This document shows, piece by piece, positions 1 to 9,668 of a stretch of 64,000 nucleotides of DNA. The stretch spans positions 2,240,001-2,304,000 of the forward strand of contig OZ242358.1 in assembly GCA_965208835.1 (NCBI GenBank). The letters run 5' to 3'. A program made the translations under genes and the position numbers. How positions within the stretch are numbered: position 1 is the first letter of the stretch; each line of letters begins with the position of its first letter. The DNA is from Candidatus Latescibacterota bacterium. Lineage in GTDB: Bacteria > Latescibacterota > UBA2968 > GCA-2709665. Under the pieces are notes generated by a model, which was given only the letters and a program-made list of their open reading frames with translations, was not told where the DNA came from and searched no databases.

Positions 1-270
1 TACATCGAGGGGAGCCTGCAGACCCGCAGCTGGGAAACGCAGGACGGACAGAAGCGGTATACCACCGAGGTCGTCGCCAGGGATATGCAGATGCTCGACT
101 CCAGGGAGGATTTCGATTCCGGAGGGGGGGCATCGCAGGGTTCCGGTCAACCGAATGAAGGAACGCGGGACGCGCGATCAGGTTCCCCTGAGAACGGAGC
201 CGGAAAGGATACGGGGTCGGGCGGGTCGGGCCCGCCGCCCTTCGGCGCCGACGACGATCTCCCGTTCTGA
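1..270 (+). CDS. ssb: single-stranded DNA-binding protein, 5'-truncated by window edge
   Basis: Frame 1 reads [32 protein letters not shown], then a Gly-rich linker and the acidic tip DDDLPF. Confidence 0.95.
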   Translation, partial: YIEGSLQTRSWETQDGQKRYTTEVVARDMQMLDSREDFDSGGGASQGSGQPNEGTRDARSGSPENGAGKDTGSGGSGPPPFGADDDLPF

Positions 271-452
271 TTGGGGACGATTTCGACATCGGGAATCGTT
301 CAGACTGATCCACGGTCACCGGGCTGCGAATTCGTCTTGCAGCCCGGTGTACTGTACGTAAATTGAAGACGTGTCGGCGGCCGGGCAGGCAATCGAATCC
401 TCCCAGGCGCCTTTGTCCTTCGAGACAGAACCGAAATGCAGCTGGTGGCGGC

Positions 453-1091
453 ATGCTGAGGTCAATAGCGTTTTTTTCAGGCGCGGCGCTCATGGCATTG
501 GAAATCGTGGGAAGCCGGGTGCTTGCGCCGTATTTCGGAAGTTCCGTTTTCGTCTGGGGCAGCCTGATCGCGGTGGTCCTGGCCGCTCTGAGTCTGGGCG
601 CGTACGCGGGTGGCAGGCTGGCAGACCGTATGCCCACGGGACGGCCTCTTGCCGCGTTGCTGGGCATGGCCGGTCTGATGGCGTTCGTGATGCCGTGGGC
701 GGCGGCTTCGGTCAATCGGGCGGTCTTCCTGATGAATCTGGGTCCCCGGGGCGGCCCTTTGCTGGCCTCGGTCGTAATATTCGCGATTCCGGGTGTGGCG
801 CTGGGAGCCGTCGCGCCCTTTGTCGTCCGGATGCTCGTGGACAGGGTGGACCGGGTCGGTGGCGTTGCGGGAACGGTATCCGCATTGTCCGCCGCCGGAA
901 GCATTGTGGGGACGCTTGGAACGGCGTTCTATCTGATACCCGCGATGGGTGTAATGCATATTCTACACCTCATCGGTGCGGTGCTGCTGGCATTGGCGGC
1001 GATGGCTCTGTGGGGAACGAGAAAGGGCGCGGAACCGTCGGGGAACACGTCGCGAATCGACGCGAGGCGGACGAGGCCGGGAGACGGATGA
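453..1091 (+). CDS. membrane domain of fused MFS/spermidine synthase family, encoded as a separate gene
   Basis: FFSGAALMALEIVGSRVLAPYFGSSVFVWGSLI and SAAGSIVGT motifs, about 6-7 TM segments. Confidence 0.8.
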   Translation: MLRSIAFFSGAALMALEIVGSRVLAPYFGSSVFVWGSLIAVVLAALSLGAYAGGRLADRMPTGRPLAALLGMAGLMAFVMPWAAASVNRAVFLMNLGPRGGPLLASVVIFAIPGVALGAVAPFVVRMLVDRVDRVGGVAGTVSALSAAGSIVGTLGTAFYLIPAMGVMHILHLIGAVLLALAAMALWGTRKGAEPSGNTSRIDARRTRPGDG

Positions 1092-2116
1092 GGATCGTCA
1101 CAACATCGCAGAAACCTGCGGCTGCTCGATTGCGTGCAGGGTTCGCTGCCGGCGACACCCGGTCCTGTCTGATTTCGAAGGGGCTTGCCGGCACGCTGTT
1201 CTCCTTCAACCCGTCGTTCCTGTTTCTTCTGGTTTCTGTTCTCACGGCATGCAACATCCGGCCTGAGATACCGAAGCAGGAAAGACTGGTCTACATCCAC
1301 GACTCCCTGTACAATCACATCGTGGTTTCCGAAGACGGCGAAGCACGGTATCTCCGGTTTGGTTACGGCGCAAAACAGAGCGCAATGACGCTGGGAAATC
1401 CCACGGTACTGCGCGTGCCGTACACCGCTTACCTTGCGTTGGGGATGGTATTCACAAATCCGGAGCGTGCGCTGATGATCGGACTTGCGGGGGGATCGGT
1501 CGCCCGATTCGTACGGTCCGCCCGCCCGGACGTCACGCTCGACGTGGTCGAACTCGACCCCGAGGTTGTTCGCGTGGCAAAGCGGTACTTCGGCGTCGAG
1601 GCGGACGGCGGCCTGAGGATTCAGGTGGAAGACGGCCGGATGTTCGTCAAACGAACGACCGACCGGTACGACTGGGTTATCCTGGATGCGTTCCACGCGG
1701 ATTCCATGCCGCACCATCTGGCAACCGCGGAATTCTTCAATGAAGTAAGGGGAATACTCACGCCCCGCGGCGTTGTAACCATGAACGTGGCGCCCCTCGG
1801 GCCCGGCGTATTGTACCTTTCGATCATCCGGACATTGACGCGGGTGTTTCCTCAGGTGTACCTGTTTCAGGTGCCGAACCGGAGCAATATCGTGGCGGTG
1901 GCCACGCTGGATGAATCCCGGCTCGATGGCAACCAGATCGCAACAGCGATTCGTGAACTGAAAATGAGAACCGGGGACGCGCTGGAATTGCTGATCCCGG
2001 CGCCCCCTTACGGACTGCAAAAGCCCCTGGTCGAGGGTGTTCCGGAGCTGACCGACGACTATGCGCCAGTGGACTGGCTGCGATTCCGGCGGGCGCCCGC
2101 GGCAGGGATCAGATAG
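1088..2116 (+). CDS. spermidine synthase-like SAM-dependent transferase domain, possible lipoprotein
   Basis: ALMIGLAGGS, VELDPEVV, EDGRMF, ILDAF and LTDDYAPV motifs; hydrophobic stretch ending VLTAC; ATGA overlap with upstream gene. Confidence 0.8.
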   Translation: MRIVTTSQKPAAARLRAGFAAGDTRSCLISKGLAGTLFSFNPSFLFLLVSVLTACNIRPEIPKQERLVYIHDSLYNHIVVSEDGEARYLRFGYGAKQSAMTLGNPTVLRVPYTAYLALGMVFTNPERALMIGLAGGSVARFVRSARPDVTLDVVELDPEVVRVAKRYFGVEADGGLRIQVEDGRMFVKRTTDRYDWVILDAFHADSMPHHLATAEFFNEVRGILTPRGVVTMNVAPLGPGVLYLSIIRTLTRVFPQVYLFQVPNRSNIVAVATLDESRLDGNQIATAIRELKMRTGDALELLIPAPPYGLQKPLVEGVPELTDDYAPVDWLRFRRAPAAGIR

Positions 2117-2160
2117 ACGTGGAATCGTGCGTTAACGCGGCACGACGTTCGAAGCCCTAA

Positions 2161-2283
2161 CAGTCCGTTGATAAAGTCGCTCTGCAAGCGAGGCCGAGCC
2201 ACTGTGTCCGAAGACAGGGCGCGCAACGCAGTATTCGACTGCAAGGGCCGGCCGCAGCGCGGATGGGCTTTTTCAACGGGCTT
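2161..2283. mobile_element. MITE family A copy
   Basis: Ends CAGTCCGTTGATAAAGTC and GGCTTTTTCAACGGGCT; internal sequence shared with 3961, 30221 and 38937; left flank CTAA. Confidence 0.8.
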
Positions 2284-2304
2284 CCAATCGGAAGGAGAAA
2301 ATCG

Positions 2305-3960
2305 ATGGCCGAGGTTTGGAGTCCCGAACCGGAGTTGCTGGAGTCGCTGGTTTCGGCTGTACCGGGAATCCTTGCGTCTCAGAAGGAGAACGGGCAGTTC
2401 GGTACGGAGCCGTGGGTCTGCGGTGACCAGAACGTGATTTTTGCTCTCGCCGCGGCGTGGCACCTCGAGGAGAGCAGATACCATGGCGACGATGAGGTCC
2501 TTGCTGCGATTGTTCGTGGCGGGGACGCGCTGATCGACGCCCAGGATGAGCAGGGCAAGTGGACGTTCTTGAAAAAGGACTATTCGGAGTGGGGGCAGAT
2601 TTTCATGCCGTGGACCTACAGCCGGTGGATTCGCGCGTACCAACTGGTTCAGGAAGCAATGCGCGGCGACGCGCGTGCCAGATGGGACGAGGCCCTGCTG
2701 ATGGGGTTCGACGGTATTTCCAGGACTTGCCTGGCGCACGTTCACAATATACCCGCGCACCACGCGATGGCGCTTTTCTGCGCGGGTACGGTCTTCGGAC
2801 GGGAGGACTGGCGAACCCAGTCGCGAGCGTTTATGGCGAAAGTGGCGGACGCGCAGTCGCCGCAGGGATGGTGGCCGGAGCATAACGGACCGGTCGTAGC
2901 CTACAATTTCGTCTATTCGGATTCGCTGGGGATTTACTTCGGGATGTCGGGCGACGCGGCGGTGTTGCCAGCGCTCGAACGTGCGGCTTCGTACCATGCC
3001 AGCCTGACGTATCCCGATGGCAGCCCCGTTGAGACCGTCGATGGCCGCAACCCCTACCACGGCGGCGTGCGCGAGGGCAGTCCCGGGTTCAGCCATACGG
3101 CCGCGGGCAGAGGGTACCTGGCGCAGCAGCACAGACTCCTGCTGGCCGAGGGTACAGGGTTCAATGCGGATTACGCGGCGAGCCTGCTGCTCTACGGCGG
3201 CAATGGAGAGACAATCGAGACGGCTGCCGGGAAGGAACGGCATGTCTTCCGGATGGGGGACGAGGCGACAGCGGTGAGGAACGGCCCGTGGTTCATCTGT
3301 CTGTCGGCCTTCGTTGTGGATTTCCCCCAGAATCGCTGGGGCCAGGACAGGCAGAACTTCGTAAGTGTGTTCCACGACGGGGCGGGGCTGATCGTGGGCG
3401 GTGGCAACACAAAGCTGCAGCCGCTGTGGAGTTGCTTTACCGTCGGGGACAAGGCGCTTCTCTCGCATACGCCAGGGGACGAAGACCCGGACTTCGAAGT
3501 ACCCGAGGGATTGATCCACGTGCCGGACGAGCTTTCGTACGACTCGGGCGACGACGGCGGCCGGCTGCAGATGCGCTACGGCGAGGAGACCTGCAGCGTG
3601 GACGCGAAGATTGAGTCTGAAACCGAATTGACGCTCGTGTACTCAGCGACGGGGAATTCACGTCTGCCGGTGGACGGACACGTGACGCTGATGCCGCACC
3701 TGGACCGGGAGGTGCGTTTTGCATCCGGCAAGACCGCGGTGCTGGGCGAAGCGGAGGCGGAGTGGTCCGGCGAGGCGTGGATCGAACACGACGGCTGGCG
3801 CCTGCACCTGCCGCCCGGATGCCGCGTGGTCTGGCCTGCGTTGCCGCATAACCCCTACCGGAAGGCGGGTGACTCGACCATCGAAGAAGCCCGACTGGTC
3901 GTGGTTTTGCCGTTCCGGGCCGACGTGAGACGGCATGAGTTGAAATTGGTGGTCGTTTAG
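2305..3960 (+). CDS. hypothetical protein, probable alpha/alpha-toroid carbohydrate-active enzyme
   Basis: 551-aa ORF with SD GAAGGAG; Trp/His-rich helical N-half (NIPAHH, GWWPEHNGP) and beta-rich C-half. Confidence 0.6.
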   Translation: MAEVWSPEPELLESLVSAVPGILASQKENGQFGTEPWVCGDQNVIFALAAAWHLEESRYHGDDEVLAAIVRGGDALIDAQDEQGKWTFLKKDYSEWGQIFMPWTYSRWIRAYQLVQEAMRGDARARWDEALLMGFDGISRTCLAHVHNIPAHHAMALFCAGTVFGREDWRTQSRAFMAKVADAQSPQGWWPEHNGPVVAYNFVYSDSLGIYFGMSGDAAVLPALERAASYHASLTYPDGSPVETVDGRNPYHGGVREGSPGFSHTAAGRGYLAQQHRLLLAEGTGFNADYAASLLLYGGNGETIETAAGKERHVFRMGDEATAVRNGPWFICLSAFVVDFPQNRWGQDRQNFVSVFHDGAGLIVGGGNTKLQPLWSCFTVGDKALLSHTPGDEDPDFEVPEGLIHVPDELSYDSGDDGGRLQMRYGEETCSVDAKIESETELTLVYSATGNSRLPVDGHVTLMPHLDREVRFASGKTAVLGEAEAEWSGEAWIEHDGWRLHLPPGCRVVWPALPHNPYRKAGDSTIEEARLVVVLPFRADVRRHELKLVVV

Positions 3961-4059
3961 CGGTCCGTTGATAAAGTCGCTCTGCTGGCGAGGCCGATCA
4001 ACGCAGTATTTCGACCGCAAGGGCCGGCCGCAGCCCGGACAGACTTATTCAACGGGCTG
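3961..4059. mobile_element. MITE family A copy, internally deleted
   Basis: Ends CGGTCCGTTGATAAAGTC and GACTTATTCAACGGGCTG; flanks TTAG/TCAG, the left one containing the upstream stop codon. Confidence 0.8.
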
Positions 4060-4098
4060 TCAGGTACGACTCATACCCGTATCGAGTGGTACTCGCGG

Positions 4099-4971
4099 AT
4101 GATCTGCACAGCTGACGGCGGGTGGTTCGAGATAATTGTGGACCTGCCCTGCCACGCGTCGGAAACGGTGTCCGAGCTGCTGTTCGGCCTTGGGAGCTGC
4201 GGTCTGCAGGTGCAGATTGGTTCCGCTCCCGGAAAGACGGGCCTCTCGGCGTACTTTCCCGCTGAAAGAGACAGCGGCCGCGTGGTATCCGGCCTTTGGA
4301 GCGGGCTTCTTGCGCTGAAAGGGGATCTGAGAAACGTACGCGTGGAAATGGCTGAGGTCGCGTCGGAGGACTGGGCCTCGTCCTGGAAGTCCCGTTTCAA
4401 GCCCGTTTACCCGGTTCCCTCCATCGTGGTTTGTCCACCCTGGGAGCGGGTCGACGATCCTGAGGGCGGCTTCAGTCTGGTTATCGAGCCGAAGACGGCT
4501 TTCGGAACCGGTCAGCACGAGACGACCCGGTTGGCCCTGAAGATGATGCATGACGTCGTAGAACCGGGCGACGTCGTGCTGGATGTGGGCACCGGCTCCG
4601 GTATCCTGAGCCTCGCCGCGGCCAGGCTCGGGGCGGCGCGGGTGACGGGTATCGATACCGATGTGCTGGCCGTTGAGAATGCCCGCGCGAATTTGCGCCT
4701 GAACAGGAATTCGGGCAACGTGGCGTTTTCCACGGGCACGCTGGAGGGCATAGCAGGTGAATTCGACGTCGTGGTCGCCAATATCGACGCACCTGCACTC
4801 GTCCGGATGCTGCTTTCGCTCCGCTCGCGTCTGGCGGCGCGGGGAAACCTGATCCTCGGGGGCGTGCAGGTTCAGGAGCAGTCGGAACTTCTGAAGGCGG
4901 TACGCGCTGCCGGACTCCAGGTAATGGAGGTCGTCGACCAGAACGGGTGGTCGGGAATCCGGGCCGCCTGA
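4099..4971 (+). CDS. prmA: ribosomal protein L11 methyltransferase
   Basis: EDWASSWK, IEPKTAFGTGQHETT, VLDVGTGSGILS and VVANI motifs. Confidence 0.92.
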   Translation: MICTADGGWFEIIVDLPCHASETVSELLFGLGSCGLQVQIGSAPGKTGLSAYFPAERDSGRVVSGLWSGLLALKGDLRNVRVEMAEVASEDWASSWKSRFKPVYPVPSIVVCPPWERVDDPEGGFSLVIEPKTAFGTGQHETTRLALKMMHDVVEPGDVVLDVGTGSGILSLAAARLGAARVTGIDTDVLAVENARANLRLNRNSGNVAFSTGTLEGIAGEFDVVVANIDAPALVRMLLSLRSRLAARGNLILGGVQVQEQSELLKAVRAAGLQVMEVVDQNGWSGIRAA

Positions 4972-5034
4972 CAAATCGAGTCTGACGACCGCAAATCGAA
5001 TTTCGCGCATCGCCGGAACGCCGGCCGGGTTCCC

Positions 5035-6159
5035 TTATCTCTGGTCGTTGGTCAGTTTGAGCAGTTTTTCAGTCGACTTCAGTCCGTGACCGGTCAGTGG
5101 CGCAACGATGCACTCGTCTCTTTCCGTGGGGATCTTCCTGAAAGCCGCAACGGCGGTCGCGGAGGTGGGTTCGGCATACAGCCCCTGTCTGCATATATCC
5201 AGCAGGGCGCTTTCGATTTCAGCGTCCGTGACAGCGACAATCCGGCCGCCGGTCTCGTGAACGATGTCCAGGATCTGCGAAGCGCGCGTGGGTTCCGCGA
5301 TGGCGATTCCCTCGGCAATCGTACCGCTCGAGTCAACGGGGGCAAGATTTGCCGATTGATCCCGCCACATCCGGTAGAGCGGAGCGCAGCCAGCGGCCTG
5401 AACGGCGATTATCCGCGGAAGCCGGGCGATCAGCCCGTTTTCCAGAAGCTCCCGGAATCCGAGGAACGCGCCGATCAGCATTGTGCCGTGCCCCGTGGGT
5501 ACGATCAACGTATCCGGTGCGCTGAAGTCGAGTTGCTCCCAGATCTCAAACGCATACGTTTTGGTGCCCTGGAAGAAAAACGGATTCCAGACGTGGCTTG
5601 CGTAGAAGTGGCTCTCGGCCGCTTCCATGGCCGCGCGGGCCGTGTCCTCCCTGGAGCCGGGAACGCGGATCAGTTTCGCGCCGTAGAGTCGGATTTGCGC
5701 CAGCTTTCCGGGAGAAGTGGACTCGGGTACGTAAATTTCGCATTCGATGCCGGCTTTTGCCGCATATGCTGCGACCGCTGCGCCCGCGTTGCCGGAAGAG
5801 TCCTCCACGACCTTTTCGACGCCCAGCTCGAGGGCGCGGCTGATCAGAACGGAAGCGCCGCGATCCTTGAAGGAACCCGTGGGAAAGAGGTTTTCCTGCT
5901 TGACGCTGAGCGGCTTACCGTCGAACTGCATCCGGACGATCGGCGTAAACCCCTCGTTGAACGAGACGATGTGGGCATCCGCCCCAATCGGCAACGCTTC
6001 CCGATATCGCCACATTCCAGGCGGCCGGCGCCCTATCGCGTCGACGTCGATGGCGCCCTGGAATCCGACATCCAGGGCCGCGCCGCAACCGCATCTCCAG
6101 AGGCGGGTGTCAGAGCGGTGTATGGTGTCGCACGCCTGACAGGCGACCTGAAGCGTCAT
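5035..6159 (-). CDS. thrC: threonine synthase (PLP fold II)
   Basis: CxxC...CxC N-terminus, EGFTP, PTGSFKDRG, DSSGNAG, PTGHG, EPTSA, LTGHGLK. Confidence 0.85.
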   Translation of the reverse strand: MTLQVACQACDTIHRSDTRLWRCGCGAALDVGFQGAIDVDAIGRRPPGMWRYREALPIGADAHIVSFNEGFTPIVRMQFDGKPLSVKQENLFPTGSFKDRGASVLISRALELGVEKVVEDSSGNAGAAVAAYAAKAGIECEIYVPESTSPGKLAQIRLYGAKLIRVPGSREDTARAAMEAAESHFYASHVWNPFFFQGTKTYAFEIWEQLDFSAPDTLIVPTGHGTMLIGAFLGFRELLENGLIARLPRIIAVQAAGCAPLYRMWRDQSANLAPVDSSGTIAEGIAIAEPTRASQILDIVHETGGRIVAVTDAEIESALLDICRQGLYAEPTSATAVAAFRKIPTERDECIVAPLTGHGLKSTEKLLKLTNDQR

Positions 6160-6944
6160 GACAGGGTTCTTCCTTTCAGCATGGCAGACGTGACGGCGAT
6201 GGCCGCGCGGCGAGGGAGTAGCCGTCCCGTGAGATTCAGCATTCTGTTGGCGAAACCATGGATCACCGAGGGTCTCTTTCCGAGTTTCCTCAGCGCCAGT
6301 GCCACGACGGCATCGGGTGCGGCCTCTCTTAAGCCACTGGCGTCCTTCATTTGCGCCACGCTTGTGAATTCGGTCCTGGTGAATCCCGGAGACAACGCCA
6401 GGGAGTCGATGCCTCTTTTTCTGTATTCCTCCCAGAGGGATTCTCCCATCAGCAGATTGAAGGCTTTGGTTGCGCCGTAGACCCCGAGGTACGGGGTCGC
6501 CTGGTACGCGGCGGTGGACGCCAGAAAGATAAGCCCGCCGCGACCACGCTCGAGCATGAGCGGCAGGTAGTGGTTGGTGAGCAGAACCGGCACGACACAG
6601 TTCAATAAGGTCATGTTTACCATGCGGTCCGGGTCCAGATCCGCGTACGCCCCGGAGAGGCCGAATCCGGCATTGTTTACGAGCAACCCGATTTCCAGGT
6701 CGCTCGTCCGATCCCCGACATGGCAGCTGGCATCAGGACCCGTCAGGTCCGCTGGAACGATGTGAGTCTTTACGCCATGGTTCCGCCGGACATCGTCGGC
6801 AAGCGCCTCCATCTCTTGCTCGCGGCGGGCTACAAGGACCACGTTCAGGCGTCTGGCCGCCAGTTGCCTTACAAATTCCGCTCCCAGGCCGGATGACGCG
6901 CCAGTAACCAGGGCCCACGGGCCATATTTCTCGTGCCATTGCAT
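6156..6944 (-). CDS. SDR family oxidoreductase
   Basis: TGASSGLG, NNAGFG and YGATK motifs. Confidence 0.92.
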   Translation of the reverse strand: MQWHEKYGPWALVTGASSGLGAEFVRQLAARRLNVVLVARREQEMEALADDVRRNHGVKTHIVPADLTGPDASCHVGDRTSDLEIGLLVNNAGFGLSGAYADLDPDRMVNMTLLNCVVPVLLTNHYLPLMLERGRGGLIFLASTAAYQATPYLGVYGATKAFNLLMGESLWEEYRKRGIDSLALSPGFTRTEFTSVAQMKDASGLREAAPDAVVALALRKLGKRPSVIHGFANRMLNLTGRLLPRRAAIAVTSAMLKGRTLS

Positions 6945-6973
6945 GCAGGAGGCGCCTCAATGAACCGCGGAAC

Positions 6974-6998
6974 CCGCTGGGAGTTTTGGAACAGCTTC
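6974..6998. mobile_element. remnant right end of MITE family B
   Basis: CCGCTGGGAGTTTTGGAACAGCTTC followed by TAA matches the family B end CCGCTGGGGATTTTAAGACAGCTTC. Confidence 0.5.
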
Positions 6999-7029
6999 TA
7001 AGGGTCCGCAGACAGCAGTTTGGATAATC

Positions 7030-7881
7030 CTAGTCTTCCAGCACGGATTCGGCCAGTGCGTCAGTATCGTCAACCATCTTTTTCCAGGCGCAATCGGAAT
7101 AGTCGGGGCCGAAGTCAAAGGGCGGGGTTTCGATGCACATTGTGCGTTTGTAGCCGATTTGCGCCGCATGCCGAAAGAACATGCGCCAGTCTACCCGCCC
7201 ATGGCCGGGGGCGAGGTGAGAATCGCGGTCGCCCGCGTTGTCGGCGAGATGAAATGCGACCATCCGCGGACCCATGACTTCAAAAAACCTGTGCGCGTCC
7301 TCTCGTGCGGCCACCAGGGCGTGACCCGTATCGAGGCAGAAGCCCAGGTTGGGATGGGCGAAGTCACGGACGATCCGCTCGAAATGCCCGGGTCGGGATG
7401 TAAACCGGCCGCCGCCGGACGGAAGCATATTTTCCAGAGCGATTGTGAAGTCAAGGCCTTCCGCTTCCCGCAAGAGTGCGTCGAGGCTCTTTCCGATCTG
7501 GATGAAATAGGTTTCGAGTCCCTCCACATTGGCGTCGGTCCGGTTGGTGGTCGGATGCTGGATGCCGACCGTTGCCCCGATCAGCGATGCTCTGCCCATC
7601 CACAGGCGCATCTTGTCCACGGCCTGCCGGCGTGTGGTTTCATAGAAGGAAGCGATGTCGTCGTCTGGGGAAAAGGGCAGGTGAAACGTCTCGATGCACA
7701 GCCCCGCCGATCGATAGCTGCCGCCAATTGCCTGAAGTTCGGCTTCGGTCTTCCCCTCGAACAGCGGGGTTGCGCCTTCGATGCCTGCCAGACCGGCGAA
7801 GCGACAGGTATCGATGATTTCATCGTGGGTCTTTTCGGCGAGCCCGTAGCCCGTCGTGGTCCACGTCCAGCCTTTCTGCAT
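7030..7881 (-). CDS. sugar phosphate isomerase/epimerase (AP endonuclease 2 TIM barrel)
   Basis: ALENM, CLDTGH, FHLADN, DSHLAPGHG, IE motifs; SD GGAAGGAGG. Confidence 0.88.
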   Translation of the reverse strand: MQKGWTWTTTGYGLAEKTHDEIIDTCRFAGLAGIEGATPLFEGKTEAELQAIGGSYRSAGLCIETFHLPFSPDDDIASFYETTRRQAVDKMRLWMGRASLIGATVGIQHPTTNRTDANVEGLETYFIQIGKSLDALLREAEGLDFTIALENMLPSGGGRFTSRPGHFERIVRDFAHPNLGFCLDTGHALVAAREDAHRFFEVMGPRMVAFHLADNAGDRDSHLAPGHGRVDWRMFFRHAAQIGYKRTMCIETPPFDFGPDYSDCAWKKMVDDTDALAESVLED

Positions 7882-7984
7882 GGTGACCTCCTTCCTCAAT
7901 GCGTGAATCCGGTCAGGTTGGACACATTCCGAGGGGTGTGTGACACCGGGATTCTTCCGGCCGCCTCAACTGGGTCGCGCGCGT

Positions 7985-8761
7985 TCAATCCGCTTTCTGA
8001 AGAGACCGTTTGCGCTCCCAGCGATCGTACCAGTCCAGCAGCCGGGGGGTTGGCGCGAAATCGTGGATCGTTACCCGTCTGCGTCCGGGCAGGTAGTTGC
8101 CGAGATGCCAGCCATTGGGGTGGTAGAGCGCAAAATCCCCCGCGTCCATATACAGTCGCTCCGACCGCGGCATCGCCTGCGTATACTCCAGGCACGCGCG
8201 CTCCCTCGTTTCGCAAGATTCGTCTTCAGGTGGCAGCGGAGCCCCGGCGGCATCGATTTCATCCGGCAGGTCATCTCTCAGGTGACTGCCGGGCACATAC
8301 CATGTACAGTTGTCCTCGTATAGAGGGCAGTTGATCTGATTGAACCAGTGCGGGTCGCGGTTTACCCGGCGAAACTCATCCAGGTCGGGTACATTGGATG
8401 TTTCCCGAATGTCCCGGTGCCACGCCGTACACCACGGTTTGTCCCGCGGCTCCAGCAGCAGTCCCATACGTTTGAGTCCGCTATTGGCAATTTTGTGTTC
8501 CGGCGTCAGCACCTTGCCGATAGCGTCTACCAGCCGGGGAAGTTCCGCATAGTCCCGGAAGGGTCCCATATCGATGTCGTAGTCGACGATGGGCTGGAGG
8601 CGCTGTGCCTGAGGGCCACGCTTATCGCGGGCATAGTGATGCGCCATCGCCGTGGCGCGGCGAAGGTCTCGAATGAGCCCCGGCGGAAGGATCTGCCGGA
8701 AAATCACGCAACCCCGCGTCCGGTATTCGTGGATCATAGAATCACAGAATCTGAATCCCAA
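7985..8761 (-). CDS. phytanoyl-CoA dioxygenase family (Fe/2OG) protein
   Basis: YRTRGCVIFRQIL, WHRD, YVPGSH, AGDFALYHPNGWH; TTG start inferred from GGAGG. Confidence 0.8.
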   Translation of the reverse strand: MGFRFCDSMIHEYRTRGCVIFRQILPPGLIRDLRRATAMAHHYARDKRGPQAQRLQPIVDYDIDMGPFRDYAELPRLVDAIGKVLTPEHKIANSGLKRMGLLLEPRDKPWCTAWHRDIRETSNVPDLDEFRRVNRDPHWFNQINCPLYEDNCTWYVPGSHLRDDLPDEIDAAGAPLPPEDESCETRERACLEYTQAMPRSERLYMDAGDFALYHPNGWHLGNYLPGRRRVTIHDFAPTPRLLDWYDRWERKRSLQKAD

Positions 8762-8801
8762 TTGCGCCTCCACCGGTTCGCGTGGTCGATTTCCTTCCTC
8801 A

Positions 8802-9011
8802 GAAGCTGTCCTAAAATTCCCAGCGGTCTTCGCGCGGCTGCAAAAGCGCCGGTCGGCGTTGGTCAAACCCACCCGTCGTGCGAGATCGAGGCTGCGCCTG
8901 CTCGCCTCTCATAGACGGATTTTCCCGTCGGCGCTGCGCGCCCCTCGTGCCTCTTAACCGCCACTTTTTCGCTCGCGCTCGGGAACTCACCGGTAATTTT
9001 AAGACAGCTTC
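8802..9011. mobile_element. MITE family B copy
   Basis: TIRs GAAGCTGTCCTAAAATT and AATTTTAAGACAGCTTC; 3-bp duplication TCA on both sides. Confidence 0.88.
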
Positions 9012-9569
9012 TCAGACCTTCTTCACGATATCGCCCACCCGAACGGTGCCGGGTTGAACCACTCGCGCGTTGAGACCGCGAAGTCGAAGCCGCCTCCCCA
9101 GTTTCGAGTTGACGAATTTCATGGCATCCACGCCAAAACGGGATACGAATTTCCCGCAACCCGTATGGGGATGCTCGGATACCCGGATCACGGCGGTGCC
9201 AAGGGACAATCGGGTACCGGGCGGCAGGTTTTCTTGGCTCAGATCCAGGTCCAGGTACAACTGGTCACCCGCGAGTTGCCAGCGGCTGTCTTCCTGAGCG
9301 ACGAGCGCGGCGCACCGGGCGTTCATGACGGTGAGCTGTGTGTAGGGATCGGCCGATCCGTCCGGGGTTCGTGAACTGCCGCGGGACTTCCAGTTGTCGC
9401 CCACGAGGCCTTCCGACGGGTGAAGTTCGCCCTCGGCGAGCACTTCGCGCTGCTCGACTTCCGGCCGACGCACGATCATCTTCAGGACACCTTCGTCCTC
9501 CGGTGAGTTCCCGACGTCGTGCAGACCCTGTTCGAGTTCCTTCATTGTCAGATGTCTTATGCCATCCAT
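9012..9569 (-). CDS. MOSC domain protein
   Basis: GLVGDNW, QLTVMN, AGDQLYLD, PHTGCGKF, LRGLNARVV. Confidence 0.88.
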   Translation of the reverse strand: MDGIRHLTMKELEQGLHDVGNSPEDEGVLKMIVRRPEVEQREVLAEGELHPSEGLVGDNWKSRGSSRTPDGSADPYTQLTVMNARCAALVAQEDSRWQLAGDQLYLDLDLSQENLPPGTRLSLGTAVIRVSEHPHTGCGKFVSRFGVDAMKFVNSKLGRRLRLRGLNARVVQPGTVRVGDIVKKV

Positions 9570-9668
9570 ATTCACCCTCCGTTTTGACGGTTGTCTTGTG
9601 TTGGGAATTGCATCCTGTTGCGGGAATGGCACGGATACCGCAGGCGCCACGGGCCCCGGATGCAAAAA

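Noticed and set aside
2059-6480. Long antisense ORFs (2059-3519, 4060-5010, 5086-6480 and similar elsewhere)
   Set aside because: Shadow ORFs of GC-rich genes, with no motifs and overlapping recognisable genes on the other strand.
8762-8872. N-terminal ORF extensions such as [18 protein letters not shown] (also at 19174 and 53377)
   Set aside because: They are translations of MITE family B sequence, and better SD/start pairs lie downstream.
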